Shown piece by piece: positions 62,225 through 64,000 of a stretch of DNA of 64,000 bases. Both the position numbers and the translations under genes were made by a program. Below the pieces are notes generated by a model. It had not been told where the DNA came from. It searched no databases and saw only the letters and a program-made list of their open reading frames with translations. The DNA comes from Fistulifera solaris (Eukaryota), in the NCBI GenBank assembly GCA_030295235.1, contig AP026144.1, positions 620,001 through 684,000 of the forward strand, written 5' to 3'. Each line of letters starts with the position of its first letter. Positions within the stretch are counted from its first letter, which is position 1.

Positions 62225-63639
62225 CTATATTTCACAGCGATACAGTTCCAATTGATAAGCCAGATCGGATGAGTTTGCAAAGAGCAGCGGTTCCGTCTCC
62301 GACACGACCGACACATTGCCATCAAAATCCCAAACACTTTCCCAAAGTGGCCGTTCGGCATCTCGATAAGAAGGAGTTTGATCCAGCCATAACGTGCGTT
62401 GGCTGGATTCCATATCCTGCTCAAAGCGACACGGTTTGCACTTGAAGAGTTCAATCACATCTTTTAATCGACGACGGCGTGGGTGCTTTCGAAATTTTCG
62501 AATAGGTTCTTCCGTGTCAAATTGCTCGATGAATCTTTCTTCTTCCAAAGCTATTGGTGGTTGAAATACACTTTCGTTGCAGGGAACAGTTTCGGGCGTT
62601 CGTGAGATTTCATTTTTCGTGTCGTCATTATCAGGAATAATAGTCTGTGATGTTTCGACTCGTTCTAGAGTCGTTGCTGATTCGCGCTTTGCCGTAAACA
62701 CCGTCGCCATTGGCACGTCGTTGGAAACACACGAAGCGTCCGTTCCCAAAACATCGACACGGACTTCGATTGCTGGTTCTTCGAAGGGTGGTGAAAAGGA
62801 CAAAAACTGACAAGCATGATGGTGTTGAAACACTTCTCCCATGACATGAATACGCGATTGCGCTCGAGGACTGAGGCGTACGTACGACTCGGCCGGCTGT
62901 TTCACATTTTTGGCCGGATTCCGTTCGGCTCTACCGTCTGGACTACTCCCAGATGCAGGAAACGTTGCAAAGCAGCACTCGCATGAGCAATGGTGGTGGG
63001 AGCCGGCATAGACCACGGCTTGGCCACGAGAAGCTCGAAGGGATGTACCTGGCTAACAGTGAACGGACTCCAGTGCTGATTGCGCCATTGTAACATTCCA
63101 TCGTAATCTTGTCGCCATCGTTCTCCCACATTGCTTTGGATGGAATACAAGACATCACGGACGGTGTCAAACTGCACGTCGATCCACAATTGCATCAACT
63201 CGTAAATTTTAGAACCTGGATCCATCAAAAGAATAATGATGGGCGAAAAGTCGGGGCCCCGAACGGATCGATCCTGTTGAATAACTTCGATCCTGTCACT
63301 GCTTTCCATCACCAATGATTTCCCCATGCGTACACTATCGTCCCCATCGGGAGGCGGCTGGGGATGCAAGGGCTCTCGACTCGAAAGAATATGCGCCTGA
63401 TGCCACGAAGAAGGTCGTGGTGCATGCGAGCCGCTGAGATCCGAAAGGTCGCGTGACAACGAGTACGCATTGTGAATATGAATCGAATTCGGTGTCCCTA
63501 TGCTCAAATCCGAAGCAGTGTCACTGTGATCATCGGTCGGAAGAGCACGTCGAATCTCATCTATCGTTAACCGATCGGTCCATTTACGGGGAACCGTCCT
63601 TGGAATAGGACGTCGTTTTCGTTTCTCCAACGATGTCAT
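62225..63639 (-). CDS. hypothetical protein (frameshifted)
   Basis: ORFs 62902..63639 and 62225..63016 overlap. There is a globular-looking block IIILLMDPGSKIYELMQL...FELLVAKPWSM. Confidence 0.6.
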
Positions 63640-64000
63640 GGTAAAATGGAACGAAAAACGATTTCAGAGTTGAAGTATTGTCAATCAACGAGGGGCAATG
63701 GAATACTAGGTAGTTCACTTCTCCGCTGTTGCCTGTTGCAATGGATCGAAAATGAAAGAAGATTTCTCGTCCTGGAGACAAGAGAAGAATATCTTTTGCC
63801 GATCTGGATTTAGGACAAACAGCAAATAATAATCATCATCATTCATCGGAATAATAGAATGCCATTCTTTTTCCGTTCGGTTGGGAGCCATTCCGCGAAA
63901 AGAAAGTTCGCCGCTCATTTATATAAGACTTATTTGTGCGTGACCGGCGCGCTACTGTGTTTTACTTGTACACCTTTATAGAAGTGTACACGCTTGTAGA

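Noticed and set aside
505..63639. Programmed ribosomal frameshifting or mass pseudogenisation as the cause of broken ORFs
   Set aside because: There is no common slippery-site or stop motif, shifts go in both directions at ordinary homopolymers, and catalytic motifs are intact. This fits sequencing error better.
1..64000. CRISPR arrays, tRNA/rRNA genes, transposases/retroelements, telomeric repeats
   Set aside because: None recognised by eye, and no RT, integrase or transposase motifs appear in the ORF track. A covariance-model search (tRNAscan-SE, Infernal) would be needed to exclude small RNAs.

Overview
Gene-dense eukaryotic nuclear DNA, most likely from a pennate diatom (inference). The evidence is short GT-AG introns of about 60-90 nt, bipartite plastid-targeting N-termini of the ASAF type (GSA-F, VTC-F, VTS-F), and protein families I associate with diatoms. 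About 28 protein-coding genes are present: an S1 RNA-binding protein, a JmjC demethylase, a P1B heavy-metal ATPase, a DadA-like D-amino acid dehydrogenase, an opine/octopine dehydrogenase, a META protein, DP, a TLC protein, a BTB protein, Mot1/BTAF1, HMG-CoA reductase, an SLC25 carrier, a GlpA/LhgO-like FAD oxidoreductase, VKOR-Trx (LTO1), a CHY-RING E3 ligase, an ABC1 kinase, a GT23-like transferase, an FKBP, a PPR-SMR protein, a C1-VPS9 protein and several unknowns. Most long genes are broken by single-base indels at homopolymers, most likely long-read assembly errors, so gene spans are reconstructed and approximate. I found no tRNA, rRNA, CRISPR array or transposon. The most interesting signals are (i) a head-to-head opine dehydrogenase / D-amino acid dehydrogenase pair next to a Zn/Cd ATPase, suggesting a possible opine synthesis-oxidation module, (ii) a palindromic TACC(W)GGTA motif that I saw only in intergenic DNA, (iii) a membrane-anchor insertion in a GlpA-like flavoenzyme, and (iv) a large repeat protein of unknown function. 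All family assignments come from motif recognition, not database searches.
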